Below, in pieces: positions 14,170-27,173 of a stretch of 64,000 nt of DNA. Made by a program: the position numbers and the translations under genes. Source of the DNA: Octopus vulgaris (lineage: Eukaryota); assembly GCA_951406725.2 (NCBI GenBank), contig OX597823.1, forward strand, positions 90,644,001 to 90,708,000, written 5' to 3'. Position 1 is the first letter of the stretch. Each line of letters begins with the position of its first letter. The notes under the pieces are model-generated. The model saw only the letters and a list, made by a program, of their open reading frames with translations, was not told where the DNA came from and did no database searches.

Positions 14170-14468
14170 GAAAAGTCAATAGGTATGACAGGTTAGCTTG
14201 GGAGGTAAAGCAGTTGTGGTCGATAAAAAAAGTGGTAGTGGTATCAATAATTGTCGGAGCTCTGGGAACAGTGAGTAAAAATCTTGAGAAGTACATGGAA
14301 CAAATAGGAGCTGCAATAAGGGCGGAGCACTTGCAGAAATCAGCACTGCTTGGAAGCACTCAAATACTCCAGAAGCTGCTTGAAAAATAAGAGGTGTTAC
14401 CTTAGTTCACTGGTAGTGAACAGCTGACACTGTAGTACATCTCCAGAATTAGAAGTTGTGCAAAGGCA
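14170..14468 (+). mobile_element. 3' fragment of RLE-type retroposon
   Basis: RYDRLAWEVKQLW..IIVGALGTVSKNL..LQKSALLGS; preceded by (AAT)n; near-identical to 17930-18217. Confidence 0.8.
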
Positions 14469-14687
14469 ATTATAATTATAGGCTTCTGATCTTAACTGAT
14501 TGGAAGTGTTATCATGTACATTGTTTTGTCTTGGTGTAAAAGATGGGCTACAGCAAATATTCTGCTCAATACCACAGATTTGCTTGTCAGTTGTTTGACC
14601 GTAACCAGTTGAGCATGTCCCTTAGTGGCTGACGATATGTGCATCTCTGATCACGAGCAGAAGTAGTGGCGGAGCATCATAGCCAAA

Positions 14688-14915
14688 AGCCATCCAGCTG
14701 GATGCCCTTCCTAATGCCAACCACTCCAAGAATGTAGAGGGTTCTTTTTACGTGCCACCACCACAGGTGCCACTCAGGCGGTCCTGGCATTGATCACATT
14801 TAGATAGTGCTTTTAATGTGCCACTGGCATAGGAGCCAGTCAGGGGGCATTGGCATCAACCACGTTTGAATGGTACTTTTTATCTGCCACTGGCTCAGGA
14901 GCCAGTCAGGCAGAC
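14688..14915 (-). mobile_element. RTE 3' UTR fragment
   Basis: CAGCTGGATGCCCTTCCTAATGCCAACCACTCC and TTTTTACGTGCCAC modules. Confidence 0.75.
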
Positions 14916-14924
14916 CCAGAAGAG

Positions 14925-15123
14925 GAGCAATTTGGGGGAGGGGAGGGGAAGACAAATTGATTTTGTTGACCCCAGTGCTTGACTTGTACCTATTTTATTG
15001 ACCCTGAAAGGATAAAGGCAAAGATGACCACGGTAGAATTTGAACTCAAAACATAGAGAGCTAGAAAAAATGTTGTTAAGCATTTTATCCTATACATAAG
15101 CAATTCTACCAGCTCACTGCCTT
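14925..15123 (-). mobile_element. SINE family B
   Basis: Homologous to other family B copies. Confidence 0.7.
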
Positions 15124-15225
15124 AATAATAATAATAATAATAATAATGATGATGATGATGATGATGGTTTCTTTATTAACCACAAGGGTTTGCATGAAGA
15201 AAGACATTGTGAACACCAAGGGACA

Positions 15226-15643
15226 AAACAGATATCGTTTTCATCCACAAAGATGAAAAAGAAGTAAAGATAATAGATGCTGCAATATCAGGCGATTCAA
15301 GGGTGAAATGTAAGGAAACAGAAAAGATTGAGAAATACCAACCACTGCGGGACGAGAGAGGGAAATTATGGGGCATGAGGAAAGTAATTGTGATACCGGT
15401 GGTAACTGGAGCATAAGTAGCAGTTTCCAAGGGCTTTGGAAAACATATCAAAAATATTGGAGCTGCTGTCAGGCTCGAGGTAATCCAGAAGACAGCATGG
15501 TTGGGTACAGCTTGAATTCTAAGGAGAGTATTGTGTCTTTGAGTCAGAGGAGAAGGCACTACTTGAAACCTTTGGTGATTTGCTATTGCCTGCTTTCAAG
15601 TAAAGAATAACCAGTAATTAAGAACTATCCAAGAGTCTCTCAG
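15226..15643 (+). mobile_element. 3' fragment of RLE-type retroposon, distinct subfamily
   Basis: DIVFIHKDEKEVKIIDAAISGD..KETEKIEKY..IQKTAWLGT..ILRRVL with internal stops; (AAT)n tail. Confidence 0.75.
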
Positions 15644-15849
15644 AATAATAATAATAATGATAATAATAATAATAATAATAATGGTAAATAATGATAATGG
15701 TTTCTTTATTAACCACGAGGGTTTACATGAAGGAAAACATGGACAGCACAGGACAGAATAAAAAAAAATGTGTGTGAGAGTGTGCAGTTGTGAGAGTTTT
15801 GCTTGTAAAAAAGACTAATAAAGTTTTAAAAAAGAGATCAGCAATGTGT

Positions 15850-16130
15850 AATAATAATAATAAACAATAATAATATTAATCCTTTATTATTATTATTGTT
15901 GTTGTTAATAATAATAACAATAATAATAATGATGATAATAATAATAATGATAATAATAATAATAACAATAATAGTAATAACAATAATAATAATAATAATA
16001 ACAATAATAATAACAATAATAATAATAATAATAACAACAACAACAATGATGATGATGATGTTAATGATAATAATAATAACAATGATGATGATGATAATGA
16101 TGATAATGATGATGATAATAATAATAATAA

Positions 16131-16178
<48 letters not shown>

Positions 16179-16235
16179 TAATAATAATAGTAATAATAAT
16201 AATAAAAATAATAATAATGATGATAATAATAATAT
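15850..16235. repeat. (AAT)n array with AAC/GAT variants
   Basis: Directly visible. Confidence 0.9.
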
Positions 16236-16619
16236 TGGCTGCTGACTTATTCAAATTTGTTTCCATGTTGCACTTCATGGTTTTTTGATTCTACCAGGTG
16301 AAACTGCATGGAAGAATGAAGATTTTTTAATTTAATTTTTGAACAAGGAAACCTTGAACTATTCAAACATCAATCCATACAATGGACAAGGAAAAAAAAA
16401 GATTAACAAGGCTGCTTTTTAAATAAAATTCCATTTCTTTTTTCCTTGTTTATTTATTTCCCAAATGGCCCTGTACAGGGTGCAGCATAAAAACCTGCCA
16501 CATTTTACATGACCATTGTTATGGTGCTAGGGAACTTAGGCAGATGGTAAGGATGTCTTCGGGTAGATAATGCTTTACCATATTTATTTTTGTCCTCTTA
16601 GCTTTTATTTGCTCCTGTC

Positions 16620-16796
16620 TTTAAAATCTGGCCATGCTGGAGCACTGCCTTGAATTTTTAGTTGAACAAATCAAACCCAGTAACTTTTTTTCTTTTTCAT
16701 TTTTAAGCCTTGTTCTTATTCTTTCAATCTGTTTCACTGGACTGTTAAGTTATGGGAATGCAAACAAGCCAACACTGGTTGTGAAGCAGTGTAGCA

Positions 16797-16832
<36 letters not shown>

Positions 16833-16975
16833 GATGGGTTTCCTTCAGTTTCCTTCAACCAAATTCACTCACAAGGCTTTGGTCAGCCCAAAGCTATAGT
16901 AAAAGGCACTTGACCAAGGTATCATGCAGTGGAACTGAACTTGGAGCCAAGCTTCTTACCACACAGCCTCACTCA
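16620..16975 (-). mobile_element. SINE family A, decayed near full-length
   Basis: Reverse complement of 50053-50460 with an internal (CA)n. Confidence 0.7.
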
Positions 16976-17109
16976 TGTTTTTACTGTATTTTTTTCTTTT
17001 ACAGTTACCAACATGGCTTAATGAAATGTCTGTAATGTTTGTCAACTGGCGAAACGCCAGGATGCTTTTTGCCACATCCTGTATAATGACCACCTAGAAA
17101 AATATCTTC

Positions 17110-17370
17110 ATTATTTGCATTTGATGGATATTTGTCCTCATCTTGTTTGTTGTAACACAACGTTTTGGCTAATATACTCTCCAGCCTTCATCAGGTGCCT
17201 TGGGGAAATTTTGAACCTGGGTTTTCATTCCTAAGGTACTTTTTGATGTTGTTATTGTTGTTGTTATCATTATTATTATTATTATCATCATATGCCTGTG
17301 GGCATATGGCATAGTGGTTAAGAGCGCAGGCTACTAACCCCAAAATTTCGAGTTCGATTCCAGGCAGTGA

Positions 17371-17411
<41 letters not shown>

Positions 17412-17460
17412 TTGAAAATACCTTAGGAATGAGAACCCAGGTTCGAAATTTCTCCAAGAC
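17110..17460. mobile_element. Fold-back element: ~53-bp inverted repeats around a tRNA-like head, with a hammerhead-like motif on the minus strand
   Basis: About 17198-17250 is the reverse complement of 17408-17460; TGGCATAGTGGTT and GAGTTCGATTCC boxes at 17300-17372; CTGATGA-stem-AAAACGTT at 17154-17199 (-). Confidence 0.6.
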
Positions 17461-17501
17461 CTTGTAAAACCCTCACCAGCAATGACCACCGAAACAGATC
17501 C

Positions 17502-17537
<36 letters not shown>

Positions 17538-17539
17538 TT

Positions 17540-17760
17540 GGTTTCAAAGATTGGCTCAAAACCAGCATTTTGGTGGGTTGCATTAGGTAAGTCGATTGCA
17601 TCAACCCCAATATTCAACTGGTACTTATTTTATTGACCCCGACAAGAATGAAAGGTAAAGTTGACCTCAGCAAGATTTGAACTCAGAAAGTTAGGATGAA
17701 TGAAATACCATCGCTAAGCATTTTGCCTGATGTGCTAACAATTTTGCCAGCTTGCTGCCT

Positions 17761-17762
<2 letters not shown>
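17540..17762 (-). mobile_element. SINE family B, full length
   Basis: Homologous to other copies; (AAT)n on both sides. Confidence 0.8.
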
Positions 17763-17814
<52 letters not shown>

Positions 17815-17825
17815 GTAGTAATAAT

Positions 17826-18217
17826 AAGCCAGACATAGTGTTGAGAAAAAAACCAAACTATGTTGGATCATAGACATAGCATGTCCAACTGACAACAAGG
17901 TATGCAATAAGGAAGAAAGAAAAAGTCAAGAGATATGACAGGTTAGCTTGGGAGGTTAAGTAGTTGTGGTTAATGAAAAAGGTGGTAGTAGTACCAATAA
18001 CTGTTGGAGCCCTAGGAACAGTGAGCAAAAATCTTGAGAAGTACGTGGAACAAATAGGGGCTGCAATAAGGGTGGAGCACTTGCAGAAAACAGCACAGAT
18101 TGGAACCGCTCAAATACTCTGGAAGGTGCTTGAAAAATAAGGGGTGTTACTTTAGTTCACTGGTAGTGAACAGCTGACACTGTAGTACATCTCCAGCATT
18201 AGAAGTTGTGCAAAGGC
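17826..18217 (+). mobile_element. 3' fragment of RLE-type retroposon
   Basis: KPDIV..CWIIDIACPTDNKV..RYDRLAWEVK..VGALGTVSKNL..IGTAQIL; (AAT)n on both sides. Confidence 0.8.
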
Positions 18218-18564
18218 AATAATAATAAGAAGAAGGAGAAGGAGGAGGAGAAGAGCCAGTGGAAGTACAGCAATTGATTTAATCAACTGCACCCCTGTTC
18301 TTTCCAATAAACTGTGTCCTTGGGGGACAACTTAAGAAATCATTACAACAACAACTACTACAACAACTACTACTACTACTAATGTGTATTTCCAATAATT
18401 GCCATTGCATCACCAGGTGTGTCTCTATTTTCTGGAAGGAGTTTGGTGTATTGAGAAAAAGAGGGCAAAGTCGTTTAATGTGTTAAGTTTTAATTAAATT
18501 TGATGTGTTACAGGGCTGGTTTTTACTATTTCTGGTTTAATTCGTTTTGCTTATTGTACAGAAT

Positions 18565-19625
18565 GTGCTGCGTGCAAGATGTGCTGGAAGAGGTACTTGG
18601 CTCATGACCTTAAGGTTGTGAGTTCAATTCCCAGTGACGTGTTGTGTTTTTGACATTTCACATTGCTCCAGTCCACTCAGCTGACAAAAGTGACATGTAC
18701 TTGTAATTCAGCCAGGTTGATATCAGAAGGGTTAAAAATCTCAGGGTTACTTTAATCCTTTTGTTACCATATTTCTGTTGAGATGCTCTGTGTTTCTTTC
18801 AATTTATTTTAAATATTACAAAGAATTTAGTAAAAAGAATTTAGCTAGTGTTAGGAACATAAATTGTGACTAAGGTTTGGTGGAAGATTTTAATTCAAAA
18901 CTTATAAAAGCAAGATATTTGTACTACAGAGCCAGAGATGGTTTCAGCCAGGTTGATATTGAAAGGGTTAAAAATATCATGGTGACTTTAACCCTTTTGT
19001 TACTGTATTTCTGTTGAGATGCTCTGTGTTTCTTTCAATTTATTTTAAATATAACAAAGAATTTGGTAAAATAACTTAGTTATCATTAAGCTAGTGTTAA
19101 GAACATAAATTGTGACTAAGGTTTGGTGGAAGATTTTGATTTAGAACTCTTGAAAACAAGACATTTATACTAAAGAGCCAGTGGTGGTTTTGAGGCAGGT
19201 TAGTATGAAAAGGGTTAAGGGGACACATATCTATGAAGTGCTCAACCACTTGCATGTTGATTTCATGAATAGGGTGTTCCATTAATTGGGTCAATTGGAA
19301 CCCTCGTTATCATAACCTTTGGTGTGCCAGTTATAGTGTTGAGTGGTGATTGTGTATACAATGTGTTGTGTGTGTATGTGCACATTTTTTGTGTGTTTCC
19401 CTATGTTGACATAGCACGATAGTTACGAACAAACATTGACATCACACAAGGGGAGCCCTCCGTTTCCAATCCTCCATGTAAACGTGTCAGGCCACAAGGA
19501 AACATTGACATATTTGGAAACAGCTGAAGGTTGGCAACAGGAAAGGCATCGAGACATAGAAAATCTCTGCTTCAATAAATTCCACCCAATCCATAGGACC
19601 ACAGGATAGTAAATGTTAAAGTGAT
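18565..19625 (+). mobile_element. SINE family C, interrupted by a MITE array and followed by an RTE-like tail
   Basis: B-box GAGTTCAATTCC; body matches 29820-30120; GTTGGCAACAGGAAAGGCATC near 19530. Confidence 0.6.
18707..19218 (+). mobile_element. piggyBac-like MITE array (one partial plus two full units)
   Basis: TTAA at 18732, 18752, 18968, 18988 and 19215; same unit and spacer as 4273-4746. Confidence 0.75.
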
Positions 19626-19788
19626 AGCAGTAGTGGTAATAGAAGTTGTGGTGATAGTCGTAGTAGTGGTGGTAGTGGTTGTAGTAGTAGTAGTGATAGT
19701 AGTAGTAGTAGTGGTGGTAGTGGTAGTGGTGGTGGTGGTGGTGGTAGTAGTAGTAGTAGTAGTGGTGGTAGTGGTAGTAGTGGTGGTG

Positions 19789-19850
<62 letters not shown>

Positions 19851-20000
19851 AGTGGTAGCGGTGGTGGTGGTGGTAGTAGTAGTAGTAGTGGTGGTGGTGG
19901 TGCGGTGGCAGTGGTAGTAGTAGTTGTAGCAGTAGTAGTAAGTAGTGGTGGTAGTAGTAGTAGTAGTTGCAGTAGTAGTAGTAGTAGTAGTAGTAGTAAT
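19625..20000. repeat. (GTA)n/(GTG)n array
   Basis: Directly visible. Confidence 0.9.
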
Positions 20001-22234
20001 GACTTTTTCATTGATGAGTGAAGAATTACAGAGGAAACCATATTTTTTCCACTTCAATAAATGTGTTTATTTTTGTGTGTGTTGTGTTTGTATATGTGAC
20101 AAAGAGAGAGAGAGGGGGTGAGAGAGAGAGAGAGAAAGAAAGAGAGAGAGATATGGGGTGGTGGTGGTAGTGGTGGGATTATGAGGCAAAGATGTTATTG
20201 ATAGAAGTACAAAAAGACTGTGAAATACAGTGGGGTGGGGTGGGGGTGAGGTCAGAAAGAGAAAGGGAAAAGGAGGGAGAGAGAGAGGGGGAGGGAGGGG
20301 GAGAGGGCTGAAGAAGGTGGGATTACAGGGTGGGGGAGCGAAATGTGTTTTTGAAAGGAGTACAAAAGGACTGGGAAACACAATAGTATGAGAGGGAGAG
20401 GGGAGAGAGAGGGGGAGAAACAATGTGTGAGTGAGAGAGAGAGAGAAAGAAAGGGAAAGAGAATGTGTCAGTGAGAAAGAAAAGGAGAGACAATGTGTGA
20501 ATGAGAGAGAAAGAGAGGGAGAAAGACAGTGTGCAAGGGGAAGACAGGGATGGAGAAATAGAGAGTGTTTGAGTGGAAAAAAAAACAGTGTGTGTGTGAC
20601 AGAGAGAGCGAGAGAAATAGACAGTGTGTGTGTGAGAGCAAGAGAGAAAGAGAAACAAACAGAGAGAAAGACAGATAGACGTTAGTATGCTTGTGTGAAA
20701 GAGAGAGAGAAAGAGAGAGATTTGAAATATGATGACATTAGTTTGGTATGTTTTTAGTTCTTGAAAGAAGTTACCAATAAAACTGACTTAAGTTGCTCAG
20801 TGACTCCTGTGGTGGTGGAGGTGGTAGTGGTGATGGTGGTAGTGGTAGTGGTGAAGACGACCTGTGATGATGGCAGAGTGGTACCAATGGTAGGTACTTT
20901 ATTGTCTCAAATAATCCACTAATCCATGTACTTCATTGCTAGCTTCACCAACACCACCACCACCATCACTACCACAATCACCACCACGATCATCATCATC
21001 AGCAGCAGCAGCAGCAGCACCACCACCATCACCATCACTACCACAATCTTCATCACAGTCATCATCATCATCACTATTGTCATCATCAAGGGTGTTGCTG
21101 CCCCTTTTGCCAACCCCCATCAACTTCATTGTCATCATCATAAACCATTCACATGGTTGTCACCACCATCACCCACAACACCACCACTACCATCGTCTTT
21201 ATCATTATCATCATCATCATCATCACTGTCAACATTGTAATGTTAGAAATAGCAGCTAAATCTCCCTCTAATAACTATATGACCTAAAAACAAAAATCTC
21301 AGAAGAAATAACTCTGATGAAGCAGGGTTTGCTCACCTACCCTTTCCCCACCCTGCAACTAAAATCGAAAAAGGAGGGGGAGAAAAAACAGGATGTTCAT
21401 GGCTAGAGTGGGTCTTAATCATAAGTCTGCTCAATGAATGTTAAAGGGGTGGGGAGCTAAACAACAGCAACAACAACAATAGTGTGAGTTACTCTTATTG
21501 ATTTTTTTTTTACATGTTTTTTTGTTGGGGGGGGTACATCCCTCCCCCACCCCACTCCACCCCTAGCACACTTAGCTGTGCTGACATTGGATTAGATGTG
21601 TTTGCAAAGATACTTTAGCACAGCCACCACCACCACCATCATTAAAACCATCAATGCAGCATCCAGTGCCACTCTCATCACCACTACCACCACCACCATC
21701 ACCATCATTACAACCATCAACATCACCATCCATTGCTGCTGTCCCCATCATCATCACCCCCTTCCATCACCACCACCACCATCATCCATTACTGCTATCC
21801 CCCATCATCATCACCATCATTATCATCATCATCACCCATCACCCCCACAGTCCCTGTTATCACCATTATCGGTCTCCAACATGACTGACCACCATCACCA
21901 CCATAACCATCAACATCACCATCCATTGCTGCTGTTCCTATCATCATCACCTCCTTCCATCACTACCAACACCACCACCACCATCATCATCGGCCATTAC
22001 TGCTATCCCCCCCCCCCCTTCATCACCCCCACCACCATGACCCCACAGTCCCTGTTATCACCACCATCATCCTCCTTCATGACCCCCCCCGCCACCATTA
22101 ACTCCACCACCACCACCACCACCGCCGCCCTTTACAAGTCATACAAGACATAACCAGCTGCTGGTTTTTCATACCTAACCAGTTCTCATAAAAAAAAAAA
22201 CAATAAAAAAGAGAAGTGCCAGAGATGGAATGAG

Positions 22235-22300
22235 GAGAGGCAGGGGTGGGGAGAGGCAGGGGTGGGGAGAGGCAGGGGTGGGGAGAGGCAGGGGTGGGGA
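22235..22300 (+). repeat. 4 x 16-bp G-rich minisatellite (GAGAGGCAGGGGTGGG)
   Basis: Four exact tandem copies. Confidence 0.9.
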
Positions 22301-22676
22301 CTGGCGTTGATGGTTTCCAATGTTTCCATCAGAATTAAAACACAGTAAGCTTAAAACATTATGATGATTGAGGTGGTGGTGGAGGGTGTGGGCGGAGGAG
22401 GTGTAGGGGATGGACTCTCCATAATAACCAGTTGATGTTTCATGCCTTAACCCATTCATGCATAACCCCACTGACTTTCCATCATCTAACCAATTAACCT
22501 GGACGGTTGGCTTGTTGGTTGGTTGGCTGGCTGTAGAAGTCAGATTGGCCTTTTTGTTTCTTTGGTTTTTTTTTTTTAAACTCTTCTTGAAAGGGGTCAG
22601 ATTTCCCTTTTATGACAGCATATATTATTTGCTCAGGGTTAGGAAAACTTCACCTTAAATATCGATAAAAATAACT

Positions 22677-22971
22677 GCTGGCTTTAGGCACACTTTCTGT
22701 GCCCTTATGGTATTTGCAAAGGGAGGTCATCCCTCTCTCGTCGACCTAAGTGATACGCACGGACTGCAGTTTCTAGGTATTTGCCTGTCTTCGGCGTACG
22801 GCAATCACCGGTTTTCGATGAAGGGAGACCCAATGCAAATCCTTATATATTGTTCGAAGACAGGCAAATACCTAGAAACTGCAGTCCGTGCATATCACTT
22901 CGGTTGATGAGAGAGGAATGACCTCTCTTTGCAAATACCATAAGGGCACAGAAAGTGTGCCTAAAGCCAGC
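22677..22971. repeat. Long inverted repeat (117-bp arms, 61-bp spacer)
   Basis: 22677-22793 is the reverse complement of 22855-22971 with few mismatches. Confidence 0.9.
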
Positions 22972-23119
22972 TGGAGGCGATGATCTCCTGGGGCTACAAG
23001 CTACAGTAACACCCACCTTTAGTGGTTAGCCATATTGAGATGGCTAGTATACCTTACATATATATATATATATATATATAACGGGAAGCTGAGTGTGTGT
23101 GTGTGCATGCATGTGTGTG

Positions 23120-23300
23120 TATGTGTTTGTCCCCCCACCATCGCTTGACAATTGATGCTGGTGTGTTTATGTCCCCATAACATTAGCGGTTCGGCGAAAG
23201 AGACTGATAGAATGAGTATTAAGTCCTGGAGTAGATTTGTTCGACTAAAGGCAGTGCTCCAGCATGGCCTCAGTCAAATGACTGAAACAAGTAAAAAGAA
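23120..23300 (+). mobile_element. SINE family A, 3' half
   Basis: CATCGCTTGACAA...GCTCCAGCATGGCC..GTCAAATGACTGAAACAAGTAAAAAG. Confidence 0.75.
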
Positions 23301-23594
23301 AAAATATATAGAGAGATATATTACATGTATACACTTTATATATACCTGTATGTGTGTGTGTCTTTGTGCATACGTACAGAATATAGATAAAAAAGCATAA
23401 ATTTCACATATTGTTCATACTTCGTGCTCGACAGCTGTTTCATTAGGATAAACGTTATTGGTTCCATAATAATGTAGCTGTGGCATTCAAATTTTATATA
23501 AAGATATTTATTTACTTAATTCCTCAAGAGTATTATGTGCTGTGTTAATCAGAAAGCCTTTATTGGTTTATGTATAAACACAAAGATACATACG

Positions 23595-23647
<53 letters not shown>

Positions 23648-24965
23648 TCACACACACACATACATACACACATACATTCATATGAACAGAAACATACACA
23701 TATACACATATATACATTTATCCCATTGGAGAAAGATATTGTGGCTCGCTGCTCATAGTTCCTGAACATCTCATGAGGTTGGTGATTTTGTGTGGCCATT
23801 CAAATTATATTATTTAGCTCCTATTTCTAGCAATTTCAGGTGCTATTTGCACCCTTATTTATGTATTTTACCTGTTTGGTTTTTAATTACTTTAGCTACC
23901 TATATTATAACGTACTCAATGTATCATAATATATTAGTTTATTGTTATAATATCTTATATTTTACATACATACATGTATATATTCCACCGTAAACATAAA
24001 TACATTATCGTAAAATCGTCCCCCACCATTGCCCCGTGTTCCATATGCTTTATGTTCAATAAAATCCTGTGGCATCATCATGAAAACTAAAGTCGAAGTT
24101 CCTTTGAAGTGATATACCGAAATCAAAGGAAATTGCAGGAGGTATTGGACAGCCTCCAGGGAGAGAAATCCCATCATACTTTTCAGACACAGAAGACACA
24201 GTGTAATTGTTTGCTGTGTTCATTTCTAGAGAAGGGATGCAAGGGGGGGGGGGGGCTAGACCGTTTCAAAGAGGATTTAGGAATGGATAGGAATAATATA
24301 TGCAGTGCATTATTAAGTAAAGTATCGATGTTCTTCCTCAGGGTTTTCTTTGAGAATCTGCTGATGCCATCTGAAAGTGGTTCTGAGTTGTTATGGAACA
24401 GATTCTGCTTCAAGTCAAAATAATGGATACCTTTGAATCCAGCTGTTATTTATCTTTCTCTTGTTAGTTAATCCCAACATACACACACACACACACACAC
24501 CATCATCTATTTTATGCTGGCATGAGTTTGATGGCTTCACAGGATCCAACGGACTGGAGGACCAGGTCTTGCTCCAATGTCTAAGTTTCTAAGGCTAGAT
24601 GCTATTCTTCACACCAATCACTTTGCAGAGTGTAGTGGGTGTTTTCTGTGACACCAGCACTGGTGGGGGCTGACTTGTAGCTATAGTAAAGCATTAAATA
24701 TGCACCTGATGAAGAATGAAACAGATGGTTGTAGGGGGATAGTAATGAGAATACTGATAAAGGGAACACACACACAGAGGTAATTTTTGGTTATCTCACC
24801 CTCATTTAAAAATTGGGTTATCTCCCCGCGTTTTATGAAAAATATCAGCACTTTCGGTTATTTCCCCACAACTAAAAAAAATTGTTTAACCCTCAATAAA
24901 AAAAGAAATTAATATACACGAAAACTGAAAAAATTAATAAACAAAATACCTGAAAAGATTAAATA

Positions 24966-25935
24966 TGAGGATGAGTCAAAAGGTAATGCAATTTTCTTTA
25001 TTTCATGTGAAGTTTTTGATAAAAATAACCGAAAGTTTTCCCAATTATAAATGATCATATCATATATGTTCTGAAATATTTTGATTCTTACTTTTCAGGT
25101 TTTTAGAGTGGTAAGGAAAATTCAAAATGGTTGCTCCCTTAGAGTTACGTCAAAAACAAAGAGCAGTGATTGAATTTCTTGTTGCTGAGGGGGGAAACCC
25201 CTGTGAACAATCACCGACGATTATAAAATGTCTTTGAGGATAATACTTTAGATTATAGGAATGTATGCAGGTGAGTCCATCATCTGAAAGACGAAAAGGT
25301 GGGAACTGTGAGTGTAGCCGATAAACCCCGTTCTGGCCGTCCGTCCACTTCTGTGAATCCTGCCAATAAAACAAAAGCAGATGCTCTGATCAGAGAAGAC
25401 AGGTGCAGAACTCTTGATGAGTTTGTAGAAAACCCTGAAGTGAGCCATGAAAGGGCTTACAACATTGTTGAATCACTTGACTTTTCAAAAGTATGTGCCC
25501 ATTGTGTACTGAGAGAGCTGACTACTGAACACAAGACTGACAGGGTCAATGCCTGCACTGAACTTCTTAAACAAAGTCAAAGGGACAACACCTTTTGAAG
25601 GCTCCTAGCAGGTGATGAAACATGGGTTTATCCATTATGAACTGGAATCAAAGAGGCAGTCAATGGAATGGCACCACTCTACGTCACCACCACCGAAAAT
25701 GTTCGAGACACAAAAGTCAGCTGGAGAAATCATGACGACTGTCTTTTGGGATGTCATTCTGGTTGATTTCTTGCCAAAATGAAAAACAATAAATTCTGAG
25801 TCCTACATTGAGACCCTGATGAGGCTCAGAGCATGAATCCGACAAGTAAGACCCAACTTGCCAATCGACAATGTCCTCCTTTTGCATGACAATGCTCGAC
25901 CACACACAAGCATCAGGACACAGGAGACAAAAGAT
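24966..25935 (+). pseudogene. Mariner transposon: left TIR plus decayed transposase
   Basis: TA + TGAGGATGAGTCAAAAGGTAATGC TIR; ATG at 25127 (MVAPLELRQKQRAVIEFL); DKPRSGRPST, KVCAHCVLREL (WVPREL-like), GDETWV, TVFWD and LHDNARPH motifs; frameshifts and stops; truncated by a microsatellite and a SINE. Confidence 0.9.
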
Positions 25936-26004
25936 ATGCATATACAAACATGCATACATATATGCATGCATACACACATACATACACACATACATACATA
26001 CATA

Positions 26005-26168
26005 TACGACCAGCTTCTTTCAGTTTCCATCAACCAAACCCACTCACATGGCTTTGGTCAGCCTAAGGTTATAGTAGAAGACACTTGCCCAAGGTGCCAT
26101 GCAGTGGGACTGAACCCGGAACCTTGTGGTTGAGAAGTAAGTTTCTTACCACACAGCTACACCTGTGC
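26005..26168 (-). mobile_element. SINE family A, 5' half
   Basis: Reverse complement of the family A head and core. Confidence 0.8.
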
Positions 26169-26177
26169 ATGTGTGTG

Positions 26178-26218
<41 letters not shown>

Positions 26219-27173
26219 ATTATACACACACTCACGCACACACACGCACATATATATGTATTATACACACACTCACGCACACACATATATATGTTCTTAG
26301 ACTTTGTTGATTCAGTTCTACATTCTTCTTGTTTCCAACAATTGCTTTACTACAGGAACCAAATATGGTAATGCCAAGTTTCCACTTTCTCACCATTCCT
26401 TAATATATTTTCTCAGACACTAGCTAAGTTCTTCAGTTGCTTTAGGCATTTAGTTCCAGTGACTCAGGTTCTGGGACATTTCCTAACAAGAAAGTTCTTA
26501 ATGATCAATTTCAGCACTTCGTAATCAAAGAATTTTCTTTGCAAGTCATTAGAATCTAGCTAATATTCTATTTGATTTCCTGCAGCATTTCATTGTTTTC
26601 GTCTTGGACTGTTTTGTTAACAAGCAACCACTAGAGACATTTTCTATAACCTCTCCCCTCACACCGTTCCACCATTCATACACATATGTTCCTTCCGCTG
26701 TTATATCGTTTGGCCATTAAACAGTAATTTTTAAGAACGAGTCGAGATTGCCAGTGTACATCTTGTATATTAATTTCTACGAGAGGTTACAGGAAATAAA
26801 TGGAACATTGAAACAGAAATAAAATCTAGGAAGAAAATAAATAAAAATAAGACAGTAAAACAAAAATAAAAAAAAAACGTGATGTCAGTCAATGCATAAC
26901 TAAATTTTTCTTTTCTTCTTGATTTTTCTGATTTGTTCAGGAGATAAATCCGGATATGTCTTGCTATTTGGTTCAATCATATGTAAAAAAAAATTTGTCA
27001 TATCCGGAGATCCTAACCTCTACAGAAAATCAGAGAAGGAAGAATCAATAAATAGATATTTTACATTAGCTTATTCTGTTGGTTTCAGCCAGAAGCAGTG
27101 GCCTTGCTGGAGCACTGCCATTAGTATGACTGGTAGTTCATTTCAAACTCATTTCCCTGGTCCTTCCTCTGGG

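Noticed and set aside
17300-17372. Possible tRNA gene
   Set aside because: A and B boxes are present but the acceptor and anticodon stems do not pair well; treated as a SINE-type head
20752-20896. Possible exon (TTTTAG ... GTAGGT)
   Set aside because: Mostly (GGT)n, with no recognisable protein and no partner exons
23962-24423. Complex-sequence ORFs of 71-104 aa on both strands
   Set aside because: No motif recognised; may be a decayed element, cannot be called without a search
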